Shown: positions 9,677 to 18,090, counted from the first letter of the stretch. The stretch is 24,000 nucleotides of DNA from Thiolinea sp. (GCA_049292455.1 JBATRF010000014.1:112318-136317); one strand, 5' to 3'. Translations and numbers: made by a program. Notes: generated by a model from the sequence alone, not told the origin.

Positions 9677-10423
9677 ATGCGTATTCCTCGCTTTTATTGC
9701 CCGATTGAACTTGAATTAAAGCAAACCCTTATACTGCCAGACGAAGTCTTTCGGCATGCCATTCAAGTTTTACGCTTACAAGTCGGGGGAAATCTGCTGC
9801 TCTTCAATGGGCAAGGCGGTGAGTATCTGGCTGAATTAATCGAAGTGGGTAAGCGCTCTGCTACCGTGATGCTAAACAGCTTTAACTCCACTCATAAAGA
9901 ATCACCTTTAGAACTGACTTTAGTGCAAGCCCTGCTTAAACCAGACAAAATGGATTTTGCCTTGCAGAAAGCCGTGGAACTAGGCATAACTAGCTTTCAG
10001 CCACTGATCACCCAACGCAGTGTCGTACGGACTGATAAAGAAAAAATTGAGAAAAAACTTCAACATTGGCAAGCCGTAGCGATCAGTGCCTGCGAACAAT
10101 GTGGCCGGACTCACTTACCCTCCATTCAAGTACCACAAACCTTAAACCATTACCTTAGCAACTTAGATAGCACTAGCCACTCTGTGATCTTAGCGCCTGA
10201 TAGCACCAAAGATTTAACTCAAATTACGGTAGCCAGCCAGAAACTAGCCGTCATAATTGGCCCAGAAGGTGGTTTTACTGACGAAGAAGTCCAGCTGTGC
10301 TTAGAGGCGGGTATACAAGCTGCTTCTCTAGGGCAGCGGATTTTAAGAGCCGAAACCGCCAGTACTAGTGTCATCGCTATTCTACAGCTACTGCATGGCG
10401 ATTTAGGGATTCGGCGTAGTTAA
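9677..10423 (+). CDS. rsmE: 16S rRNA (uracil1498-N3)-methyltransferase RsmE
   Basis: 248 aa. It begins MRIPRFY... and contains ...QHWQAVAISACEQCGR... and ...IGPEGGFTDEE...LGQRILRAETA, which match the RsmE/SPOUT family pattern. Confidence 0.9.
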   Translation: MRIPRFYCPIELELKQTLILPDEVFRHAIQVLRLQVGGNLLLFNGQGGEYLAELIEVGKRSATVMLNSFNSTHKESPLELTLVQALLKPDKMDFALQKAVELGITSFQPLITQRSVVRTDKEKIEKKLQHWQAVAISACEQCGRTHLPSIQVPQTLNHYLSNLDSTSHSVILAPDSTKDLTQITVASQKLAVIIGPEGGFTDEEVQLCLEAGIQAASLGQRILRAETASTSVIAILQLLHGDLGIRRS

Positions 10424-11359
10424 CTGCTGCTCGGTTTGCACAAAATACTCATCAATCGTTAAAGTAGGTTTTAAGCGTAGATCCCAAGCACTTAAATTAC
10501 GATTGAAATTGGCTTGACCGGTAAACTCATTGCCTACTGCCCATTGATCAGTTAAGTCCATCGCCTGATAAACTAATAAAGGTGCACTAAACAATAAGGC
10601 TACCCCTAAAGCAGACCAACGCTCAGCATGGTGTACAAGGCGGATATACACATAAAACAAGAGTGGTATTAATAAGAAATTACTCAGTAATAATAAATAA
10701 TTTAAAGGCCAATTAGCAGTAAAGAAATAATTTAAACCATGACCTAATTCACCCAATAGATGGGGAACTAGCATACACAAAGATGCTAGACCCAAAGCTG
10801 GAAAAAATTCCCAACGCTGATTAGCTAAACGGCTAATACCGGCGATAATTAAAGCTAAAGCAATCATGCCCAATAAATAAGGCATCACACTGCTGAAATA
10901 ATAAATCAGTTCTTTATTAAAGATACTCTGAATATAAGCCTCATATAAAAACGCTGCTACCGTTAATGAGGCTAAGGCAATCGAGCAGACTGGTCTGCAA
11001 AATACTCTTAGCCAGCCACCACAACGACTCGCACTGGCTTGTGCAACCTGCATGCCACTGGTTAACAGCCGAGCACGCCGATTACCAATCCGCAAATTCG
11101 CAGGCTGTGCTAAGGTTAGGATGGACTCTTGCAAGCCTCTACCATTTAAGCGTGTGCCATTTTCTTTCGATAAATTACGTAAAGCCAAACCTTGATCAGT
11201 CTGGTCGATTTCTAAGTGATAAGCAGAAACAGTCGGGTCTGAGAGGATAATATCATTATCTAACGCACGGCCAATCCGTACTGGAAATTGAGTTAAATTA
11301 TGATATTGATTTAAGGGGCGTAGCTGTATTTCCAGCAAAATGGTATCTAAGTTTGCCAT
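10403..11359 (-). CDS. FHA-domain protein with a C-terminal polytopic membrane region
   Basis: 318 aa. Residues ~20-100 carry the FHA signature residues (VRIGR, VSAYH, ENGTRLNG). Residues ~115-265 form 5-6 hydrophobic segments, followed by a ~50-aa polar tail. The ATG at 11359 overlaps the upstream protease gene by 13 nt (ATGGCAAACTTAG). Confidence 0.8.
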   Translation of the reverse strand: MANLDTILLEIQLRPLNQYHNLTQFPVRIGRALDNDIILSDPTVSAYHLEIDQTDQGLALRNLSKENGTRLNGRGLQESILTLAQPANLRIGNRRARLLTSGMQVAQASASRCGGWLRVFCRPVCSIALASLTVAAFLYEAYIQSIFNKELIYYFSSVMPYLLGMIALALIIAGISRLANQRWEFFPALGLASLCMLVPHLLGELGHGLNYFFTANWPLNYLLLLSNFLLIPLLFYVYIRLVHHAERWSALGVALLFSAPLLVYQAMDLTDQWAVGNEFTGQANFNRNLSAWDLRLKPTLTIDEYFVQTEQQLTTPNP

Positions 11360-12642
11360 TTGAAATTCTCAAACACTTGCTTCACTAGCAGCATGGATTC
11401 TTTGAAATCGACGCCTGTCAAAAATAACTCAAACAAAAATCCTTGGTGCTTTTGACTCACCATTGCACCCGTCACTAAAACATCACTCAAGCCGCTATAG
11501 CGCAAATAATCACGGTGACAGACTGTCATTTTAAAGGCTTGGCTGGCGATATCGACAAATTGAGTATCACATTTAAACTCAGTGACATTTTCCTTGCTGG
11601 ATCGATTATCCGTTTCATCCGTATTTTGCGCTTCATACATACGATAAAAACGCGGCGGAATCATTTTTTCGCTCTCATACCAAGTATATTGGTATTGCAG
11701 ACTACCTACACTGAGTTTCTCATCTAAGTAAATCTCGCGTTCATTCGAGCAATTCACCGAAATCACATTGACTAAGCCACGATCCTCATCCGCTTCGCTA
11801 CCATCCCAACAATTAATCGATTTATCAATACGGCTAGGTACTTGAAAATTGCCTACTGCAACTAATTTCCAAGGATTAGACTTAATGCGCTTGAGCATGT
11901 CGATACTGCTGGCTTTGAGCTGCTGCACGATAGAATCATGCAGGTTTTTGGCTGGGATAAAGTTACGCGCTTTGACCTGCGCTAACAGTGCGTCTAAATA
12001 GTCAGTGGCTACTAAAAAACTAACCGCATTCCCTGCGGTCGCTACATTCACGCCAATCACTGCGCCTGCTTGATTTAAAGCAGGGCCACCACTCATGCCT
12101 GAATTCAAATTGCCTGAGAATAGGATGTTTTTATCCTCACTCTCAGTCAGTAGGCCATTGTTAGTGCCCGTGACTACTGAAAATCCTAAACCTAAGGGAT
12201 TTCCAAAAGCATACAGGGTCGCGCCTTTTTCAGGAATGTCAGCTGTTTTTAACGGTGTACCCAAGTCTTTATCAGCTGCTAACACAGCTAAATCGTGCAA
12301 CACATCGACATCAATCAGATTGAGCGAGCCTGTGGAACCGTCCGTTCCAAGATAATCAATCGAGTAAGTATCGGGATCATTGATATACGCACTGACGACA
12401 TGATAATTCGTAGCGAGCAATTGAGCCTGTTCAACCACAAAACCTGAACCTATCGTGCGCTTATGCCCAGTTGTCCGATTAATGACTCTAATTTGATAAA
12501 TGGAATGCTGTACCTCAGCATATAAACTTGAGGAGCGATCAACAGCCTGTACACTCACAGGCTGTACAATCAACAGGATCATTAGTAATAAGCAGCAGAG
12601 TTTTGGTAGCTCACTATAGTAATAATTACGTATACCAATCAC
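11347..12642 (-). CDS. Secreted/periplasmic trypsin-fold (S1, Trypsin_2-like) serine protease with an unassigned ~210-aa C-terminal domain
   Basis: 431 aa. The GTG start at 12642 is preceded by GAGG with 5-nt spacing. It has a signal-peptide-like N-terminus (...LLLMILLIVQPVSVQA/VD). The putative triad is His in ATNYHVV, Asp in HDLAVLA and Ser in NSGMSGGP. No PDZ-like region was recognised. The C-terminal half contains 4 Cys and matches no family I know. Confidence 0.8.
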   Translation of the reverse strand: MIGIRNYYYSELPKLCCLLLMILLIVQPVSVQAVDRSSSLYAEVQHSIYQIRVINRTTGHKRTIGSGFVVEQAQLLATNYHVVSAYINDPDTYSIDYLGTDGSTGSLNLIDVDVLHDLAVLAADKDLGTPLKTADIPEKGATLYAFGNPLGLGFSVVTGTNNGLLTESEDKNILFSGNLNSGMSGGPALNQAGAVIGVNVATAGNAVSFLVATDYLDALLAQVKARNFIPAKNLHDSIVQQLKASSIDMLKRIKSNPWKLVAVGNFQVPSRIDKSINCWDGSEADEDRGLVNVISVNCSNEREIYLDEKLSVGSLQYQYTWYESEKMIPPRFYRMYEAQNTDETDNRSSKENVTEFKCDTQFVDIASQAFKMTVCHRDYLRYSGLSDVLVTGAMVSQKHQGFLFELFLTGVDFKESMLLVKQVFENFKWQT

Positions 12643-12669
12643 AAAAACCTCAAATCGACACCGAACGCT

Positions 12670-13953
12670 TTATTTTATTAGAGCGAATACTTCGCGGGCG
12701 GCTGCGATAGTTGTATTAATATCCTCTTCTGAATGGGCAGTTGACATGAAACCCGCCTCGAATGCAGAAGGTGCTAAGTAAATGCCGCGTTCTAACATGC
12801 CGTGAAAGAACTGATTAAACTTGGGCACATCACAAGCAGTTGCTTGTTGGTAACTAGTGACTTGGGGTTCGCTGGTGAAAAACAAACCAAACATTCCACC
12901 AACCTGAGCTGTTGTGAACGGAATTTTCGCCTGTTTCGCAGCAGCCTCTATACCTTTGACTAGCTGAGTCGTCTTTGCGTTCAATGCGGGATAAAAATTG
13001 TCACGGCTAATAATTTCCATCATTTTTAAACCCGCCGCCATTGCAATCGGATTACCTGACAAAGTACCCGCTTGATAGACTGCCCCCAACGGTGACAGTT
13101 TAGACATAATGTCACGCCGTCCACCAAAAGCACCGACTGGCATACCGCCGCCAATAATTTTGCCTAAAGTGGTTAAATCAGGCTTAACCCCATATAACTC
13201 CTGTGCACCACCGCGTGAAACTCGAAAGCCCGTCATCACCTCATCAAAAATCAGTACCGTGCCATGCTGATCACAAACCTCACGTAAGGTTTCTAAAAAG
13301 CCGGGTGCGGGGGGAATGCAGTTCATATTTCCACAGACTGGCTCGACAATAATGCAGGCAATTTCATCGCCACGCGCAGCGAAAACTTCACGCACTTGCG
13401 CGCTGTCGTTGAAATTAAGGGTTAGCGTATATTGTGCAAGTTCAGCCGGAACACCCGGAGAACTAGGCTGACCAAAGGTCAATAAACCCGACCCCGCTTT
13501 CACTAACAGTGAATCACCATGCCCATGATAACCACCTTCGAATTTCACTATGAAATTGCGCCCCGTGAAGCCACGCGCTAAGCGAATGGCGGACATAGTC
13601 GCTTCCGTACCAGAGCTAACCATACGAAGCATTTCCATTGAAGGCATGATTTCATTGATTTTTTCGGCCATCTGCACTTCTTGCGCGGTCGGAGCACCAT
13701 AGCTCAAACCTAATAAAGCGGCTTCGCGCACCGCTTCCACCACTTCTGGATGCGCATGCCCAGCAATCATTGGCCCCCATGAACCGATATAATCAATATA
13801 ACGCTGGCCGTCCACATCATACATATAAGCGCCTTCAGCACGCGCAATAAAGCGCGGCGTGCCGCCCACTCCACGAAAGGCGCGTACTGGTGAATTTACT
13901 CCGCCCGGAATCGTTTTTTGGGCTTGTTGGAATAAGGCTTCAGATTTGCTCAT
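12670..13953 (-). CDS. hemL: Glutamate-1-semialdehyde 2,1-aminomutase
   Basis: [26 protein letters not shown]... is the canonical HemL N-terminus, and the protein belongs to the class-III aminotransferase family. The ATG at 13953 has AAGAGG 7 nt upstream, so the 14 extra codons in the ORF track are probably not translated. Confidence 0.95.
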   Translation of the reverse strand: MSKSEALFQQAQKTIPGGVNSPVRAFRGVGGTPRFIARAEGAYMYDVDGQRYIDYIGSWGPMIAGHAHPEVVEAVREAALLGLSYGAPTAQEVQMAEKINEIMPSMEMLRMVSSGTEATMSAIRLARGFTGRNFIVKFEGGYHGHGDSLLVKAGSGLLTFGQPSSPGVPAELAQYTLTLNFNDSAQVREVFAARGDEIACIIVEPVCGNMNCIPPAPGFLETLREVCDQHGTVLIFDEVMTGFRVSRGGAQELYGVKPDLTTLGKIIGGGMPVGAFGGRRDIMSKLSPLGAVYQAGTLSGNPIAMAAGLKMMEIISRDNFYPALNAKTTQLVKGIEAAAKQAKIPFTTAQVGGMFGLFFTSEPQVTSYQQATACDVPKFNQFFHGMLERGIYLAPSAFEAGFMSTAHSEEDINTTIAAAREVFALIK

Positions 13954-14005
13954 GATGGGACCTCTTAAGCATGCAAAGGAATAGGCGGCGGACAATCAGC
14001 CTGCA

Positions 14006-14045
14006 GCTACACTCTAAAAAGACCCCGCATTGTGAATTAATCAGG
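14006..14045 (-). terminator. Weak candidate rho-independent terminator after the DUF3047-like gene
   Basis: The minus strand reads GACAGCCCTGC-N16-GCGGGGTC followed by TTTTTAG. The stem is only 8 bp with two bulges. Confidence 0.3.
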
Positions 14046-14060
14046 CAGGGCTGTCCAACC

Positions 14061-14714
14061 TTACTGAGCCGAGAAGAAAATATCTCCATATTTAGCCGCC
14101 GCTTCACCACCACTATTATCCGTATCGGTCATTAAGGCTATCCCATCAATCGTTTTAATATCGACGCCATACAGCTTTTTAAAATCCGCACGTACATTGC
14201 GCTTTTCAGTCACCCAAACTCCAGCTTTATCTTGTTTACCGCGCACTGCTAGCATCTGCGCATTCTTTGGTAAATAAGCATTGCCCCAACTAGCGCCGCG
14301 TGCTGAACTGCCTGACCAGACATAGTTGACTGCTTTTGAATTCCACACCAGTAAGCCACCATCGACAATTACATAAATACGCGCAGCATAATCATCGCCT
14401 GCTTTCGTTTGCTCCTCTAAAGCAGGTAAGGCTTGATCGACTCGCCATGACCAATTCAAAAAAGGTGTTTTGGTTAAATCGACTTCGATTTTACGGGTTA
14501 AACCCGAAGCAGCCGCTTTACTCTTGGCACTCAAGACCCAACGTTGCCCCTCTTGCACTAATTGATACTGCGTCTTGCCTTTGAATACCTTGTCATCCCA
14601 AGCTTGCAATTGTTTGGCTGAAAATTCGCCGATAGGCAGTTTGCTATCCGCTGCGTACAAACTAGTGCTTAATAAGCAAGCACCCAGTAAACTCCATGCT
14701 TTCAAAATCATCAT
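14061..14714 (-). CDS. Secreted DUF3047-like protein
   Basis: Contains blocks I associate with DUF3047: LNWSWRV, GDDYAARIYVIV, NYVWS, LMTDTDNSGGEAAAKYGDIFF. The likely start is the MM pair at 14714/14711, with GGGAG just upstream, giving the signal peptide MMILKAWSLLGACLLSTSLYA/AD. The upstream 34 codons in the ORF track are probably spurious. Confidence 0.7.
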   Translation of the reverse strand: MMILKAWSLLGACLLSTSLYAADSKLPIGEFSAKQLQAWDDKVFKGKTQYQLVQEGQRWVLSAKSKAAASGLTRKIEVDLTKTPFLNWSWRVDQALPALEEQTKAGDDYAARIYVIVDGGLLVWNSKAVNYVWSGSSARGASWGNAYLPKNAQMLAVRGKQDKAGVWVTEKRNVRADFKKLYGVDIKTIDGIALMTDTDNSGGEAAAKYGDIFFSAQ

Positions 14715-14750
14715 TCGCTCCCTAATTGATAAAAATATAAGAGATAGATC

Positions 14751-14786
14751 TGCATCTAATACGCAGTAGCTGTGCGTATAGATGCA
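14751..14786. promoter_or_regulatory. Imperfect palindrome TGCATCTAATACGCA-N7-TGCGTATAGATGCA in the divergent promoter region (candidate operator)
   Basis: Arms at 14751-14765 and 14773-14786 are reverse complements apart from a single 1-nt indel. The palindrome is centred in the ~104-bp gap between the DUF3047-like gene (-) and the flavoprotein gene (+). Confidence 0.4.
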
Positions 14787-14818
14787 AGAACTCACAGCAA
14801 AACTAGATAACAACACTT

Positions 14819-15943
14819 ATGACACATTTAGTATTAATCGGTGGAGGGCATGCCCATGTAGCAGTCCTGAGCGCTTTAGCCCAACAGTCCTTACCTAATT
14901 TGCGCTTGACGGTGATTAGCCCACAAGCCTATCAAACCTATTCAGGTATGCTGCCGGGCTGGTTGGCGGGACATTACAGTCTTGAAGAATGCCAAATTAA
15001 CTTGGCGCCTTTAGTGGCTGCGGCTCAAGGTGAATTAATCCTTGATAAAGTCATCCGCTTAGATGCTAATCAGCAATGCCTAGAAACAGCCAGCGGGCAA
15101 CTGATTCACTATGATGTACTCTCCATCAATAGTGGTAGCGAAACAGCTTTACCTGCTAATAGTGCTAGCAACTTAATCCCGATTCGCCCTTTAGAACGCT
15201 TATTAACTGCTTGGCCACAGATTTTAAATCATGCCCAGCAAGACAATTATCAGCTAGCAGTGTTAGGCGGAGGTGCTGCTGGCATCGAGTTAGCACTGGC
15301 TATTCAATATGCTTTCCAGCAAAAAGGCGCTGCAGCTCAAGTGCATTTAATAGCACCTAAACTCTTAGCGGATCACTCGCCGACCGTACAACAGCGTGTA
15401 CAAGGGCAATTAGCTAAAGCAGGGGTTCAAGTTCACTCTGCCAAGGCCAGTATCGAAAATGGAGTGCTTTTCCTTGAAACCGGTGAATCCATTCAAGCCA
15501 ATCAAATTCTTGCGGCCACTGGCGCAAAAGCACCCGCATGGTTAGCAACTTCTGGTTTAACAGTGGATTCACACGGCTATATTGCGGTGAATGCTCAACA
15601 CCAAAGCCGCTCACACCCTAATGTGTTTGCCGCTGGTGATTGCAGCTCGCGTGAAGATTTAAACTTTGGCCGCTCTGGCGTGCATGCTGTGTATGCAGGA
15701 AAAGTGTTGGCGCATAACCTGCCTGCTTTTATTAATCAGCAGAGCCTGCAAAGCTATTACCCGAAAAAGCGCTCACTGTACTTACTTGCGACAGGCCCCA
15801 AACATGCGATTGCCTCTTGGGGAACTTGGAGTGCGAGTGGCACTTGGGTTTGGCATTGGAAAAATCACATCGATCAAAGTTTTATGCGACACTATCGCAT
15901 GAAAACTAGCCCACTATTAAACCCTGCCGAGCAGCAATCATGA
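14819..15943 (+). CDS. NDH-2-like FAD-dependent pyridine nucleotide-disulfide oxidoreductase family protein
   Basis: 374 aa. It has an N-terminal Rossmann motif LVLIGGGHAHV, then YSGMLPGWLAGHY, a second dinucleotide motif LAVLGGGAAGIELA, and FAAGDC near the C-terminal third. From memory it resembles the subfamily found fused N-terminally to SelD in some genomes (TIGR03169); this is not verified. Confidence 0.75.
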   Translation: MTHLVLIGGGHAHVAVLSALAQQSLPNLRLTVISPQAYQTYSGMLPGWLAGHYSLEECQINLAPLVAAAQGELILDKVIRLDANQQCLETASGQLIHYDVLSINSGSETALPANSASNLIPIRPLERLLTAWPQILNHAQQDNYQLAVLGGGAAGIELALAIQYAFQQKGAAAQVHLIAPKLLADHSPTVQQRVQGQLAKAGVQVHSAKASIENGVLFLETGESIQANQILAATGAKAPAWLATSGLTVDSHGYIAVNAQHQSRSHPNVFAAGDCSSREDLNFGRSGVHAVYAGKVLAHNLPAFINQQSLQSYYPKKRSLYLLATGPKHAIASWGTWSASGTWVWHWKNHIDQSFMRHYRMKTSPLLNPAEQQS

Positions 15944-18090
15944 AAAAATCACTGCTGCTAGCCAGCGTTCTATTACTGATTATTTTATTTTTCGTTTTCG
16001 ATCTCGATCGTTATTTAACCTTAGAGCAGCTCAAAGCTAGCCAAGCGCAATTTGCTAGTTGGCAAGCAGAGCATCCTTGGTTATTCGCCTTAGGTTATTT
16101 TGTTATCTATGTGCTAATCACCGGACTTTCGCTACCGGGTGCAGCCATTTTGACTTTAGCAGGGGGAGCAATTTTTGGTTTATGGCAAGGCTTATTACTC
16201 GTTTCCTTTGCCTCCTCTATCGGTGCTACGCTGGCCTTTCTCGCTTCCCGCTATTTATTTCGTAATGCTGTCGAGCAGCGTTTTAGCAAGCAATTAGCAG
16301 CGATCAATCAAGGCATTGCTAAAGAAGGTGCTTTTTATCTGTTCACCTTGCGCCTTGTGCCGCTATTTCCTTTCTTTATTATTAACTTATTAATGGGTCT
16401 CACCCAGCTGCCGACTCGTACTTTTTATTGGGTGAGCCAATTAGGTATGTTGGCAGGCACGATTGTATATGTGAATGCTGGTACGCAGCTCGCGCAAATC
16501 TCTAGCTTAAGTAATATCCTCTCCCCTAGCCTGCTGTTATCTTTCATTTTACTGGGCATTTTTCCTTGGATAGCTAAAGGTATTTTGGCTTTTATTCAAG
16601 GTCGACGAGTTTACCAAGGGTTTACTAAGCCGAAGCAATTTGATCGCAATTTAATTGTAATTGGTGCAGGTTCAGCCGGTTTGGTTTCTTCCTATATTGC
16701 AGCGGCTGTCAAGGCTAAAGTCACCTTGATTGAAGCGCATAAAATGGGCGGAGACTGTTTAAACTATGGCTGTGTTCCGAGTAAAACACTGATTAAAAGC
16801 GCTAAAGTCGCCCAACAAATTCGACACGCCGCTGATTATGGAATCGAGAGCCCTGCCCCTACTGTTCAATTTTCGCAAGTCATGCAGCGGGTACAGGCTG
16901 TGATTGATGAAGTAGAGCCGCATGATAGTGTCGAACGCTACACTCAATTAGGCGTTGAGGTCTTACAAGGCTATGCCAAGCTGCTTGATCCTTGGACTGT
17001 CGAAATTAAATTCCCAGATGGCTCCAGCCAACGTCTTAGCGCTCGCAGCATTATTTTAGCCACTGGCGCACAAGCGAATATTCCTGAATTTCCGGGGATT
17101 GAGAACTCTGGTTATGTGACCAGCGACACCTTATGGGAACGGTTTGCTGCCCTAGAGCAAGCGCCTGAGCATGTAGTGATTTTAGGCGGAGGCCCGATTG
17201 GTTGTGAGCTTGCGCAAGCCTTAACTCGCTTAGGCTCAAATGTTAGCATCATTGAAAAATCGGCACGCATTTTAGCCCGTGAAGATAGCGATGCTGCGCA
17301 AATTGCCGCCCAAGCCTTACAAGCGGATGGTGTAAAACTATTGACTGAGCATCAGGTACTACGCTTTGAGCAAAGCGGCACTAGCAAACAAGTCATGGTG
17401 CGAACCCAAGGCCAAGAGTTAGCCATTCCTTATGATCAAGTTATTATCGCTTTGGGCCGCAAAGCACGTTTAACAGGGTTTGGTTTAGAAGAGCTAGGCC
17501 TGCCAACTGAGCGCACTATCTCTACCAATGAATACTTAGAAACTTTATTTCCGAATATTTATGCCGCAGGCGATGTCGCAGGGCCTTATCAATTTACCCA
17601 TGTCGCCGCCCATCAAGCCTGGTATGCCAGCGTGAATGCTTTGTTTGGGCAGTTCAAACGCTTCAAAGCGGATTATCGAGTCATTCCGCGCGTCACCTTT
17701 GTCGACCCAGAAATTGCCAGCGTGGGCTTCACTGAGCAAGAGGCACAAGCTCAAAACATCGCTTATGAACTCAGTCATTTTGAATTGGCCGAACTGGATC
17801 GTGCAATTGCCGAGGGCACGAAAACGGGCTTTATTAAAGTATTAACTGTGCCGGGTAAAGATAAGATTTTAGGTGTGACGATTGTGGGCGCACAAGCAGG
17901 CGAGTTATTAGCAGAATATGTGCTCGCCATGAAACATGGGTTGGGCTTGAATAAAATCTTAGGCACGATTCATAGCTATCCGACTTTGGCGGAAGCGAAT
18001 AAATACGTAGCTGGTACTTGGAAACGTCAACATACCCCAGAACGTTTGCTGGCTTGGGTGGCACGCTATCACGCTTGGCGACGCGGCTAA
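15940..18090 (+). CDS. Fusion protein: DedA/TVP38/TMEM64 (SNARE-associated) membrane domain + class-I flavoprotein disulfide reductase
   Basis: 716 aa. Residues 1-~220 are polytopic and carry the LPGAAILTLAGGAIFG TVP38-type motif. Residues ~235-716 have IVIGAGSAGL, the redox-active GGDCLNYGCVPSK, VILGGGPIGCE, YAAGDV and the C-terminal HSYPTLAE His-Glu dyad. There is an ATGA overlap with the upstream gene. Confidence 0.85.
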   Translation: MKKSLLLASVLLLIILFFVFDLDRYLTLEQLKASQAQFASWQAEHPWLFALGYFVIYVLITGLSLPGAAILTLAGGAIFGLWQGLLLVSFASSIGATLAFLASRYLFRNAVEQRFSKQLAAINQGIAKEGAFYLFTLRLVPLFPFFIINLLMGLTQLPTRTFYWVSQLGMLAGTIVYVNAGTQLAQISSLSNILSPSLLLSFILLGIFPWIAKGILAFIQGRRVYQGFTKPKQFDRNLIVIGAGSAGLVSSYIAAAVKAKVTLIEAHKMGGDCLNYGCVPSKTLIKSAKVAQQIRHAADYGIESPAPTVQFSQVMQRVQAVIDEVEPHDSVERYTQLGVEVLQGYAKLLDPWTVEIKFPDGSSQRLSARSIILATGAQANIPEFPGIENSGYVTSDTLWERFAALEQAPEHVVILGGGPIGCELAQALTRLGSNVSIIEKSARILAREDSDAAQIAAQALQADGVKLLTEHQVLRFEQSGTSKQVMVRTQGQELAIPYDQVIIALGRKARLTGFGLEELGLPTERTISTNEYLETLFPNIYAAGDVAGPYQFTHVAAHQAWYASVNALFGQFKRFKADYRVIPRVTFVDPEIASVGFTEQEAQAQNIAYELSHFELAELDRAIAEGTKTGFIKVLTVPGKDKILGVTIVGAQAGELLAEYVLAMKHGLGLNKILGTIHSYPTLAEANKYVAGTWKRQHTPERLLAWVARYHAWRRG

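Noticed and set aside
10600-10950. A very AT-rich patch (one 60-nt line is ~22% GC), considered as a sign that the protease/FHA genes were horizontally acquired.
   Set aside because: Spot counts elsewhere in these two genes give ~43-45% GC, similar to the ynjC region. The patch encodes Leu/Phe/Asn/Tyr/Ile-rich TM segments. No flanking repeats, tRNA or integrase are present. A proper sliding-window GC and codon analysis would be needed.
13954-13995. A 14-codon N-terminal extension of hemL ([14 protein letters not shown]).
   Set aside because: The canonical HemL N-terminus MSKSE... begins at 13953 with AAGAGG upstream. The extension would overlap that RBS.
14715-14816. A 34-codon N-terminal extension of the DUF3047-like ORF.
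   Set aside because: The extension would place non-signal sequence ahead of an obvious signal peptide. It would also consume the divergent promoter region and the palindrome. GGGAG precedes the internal MM start.
15940-18090. Calling the reductase domain mercuric reductase (MerA) or dihydrolipoamide dehydrogenase.
   Set aside because: It has no C-terminal Cys-Cys pair, no HMA/NmerA domain and no mer operon context. It also has no 2-oxoacid dehydrogenase neighbours. Only the generic class-I disulfide reductase call is supported.
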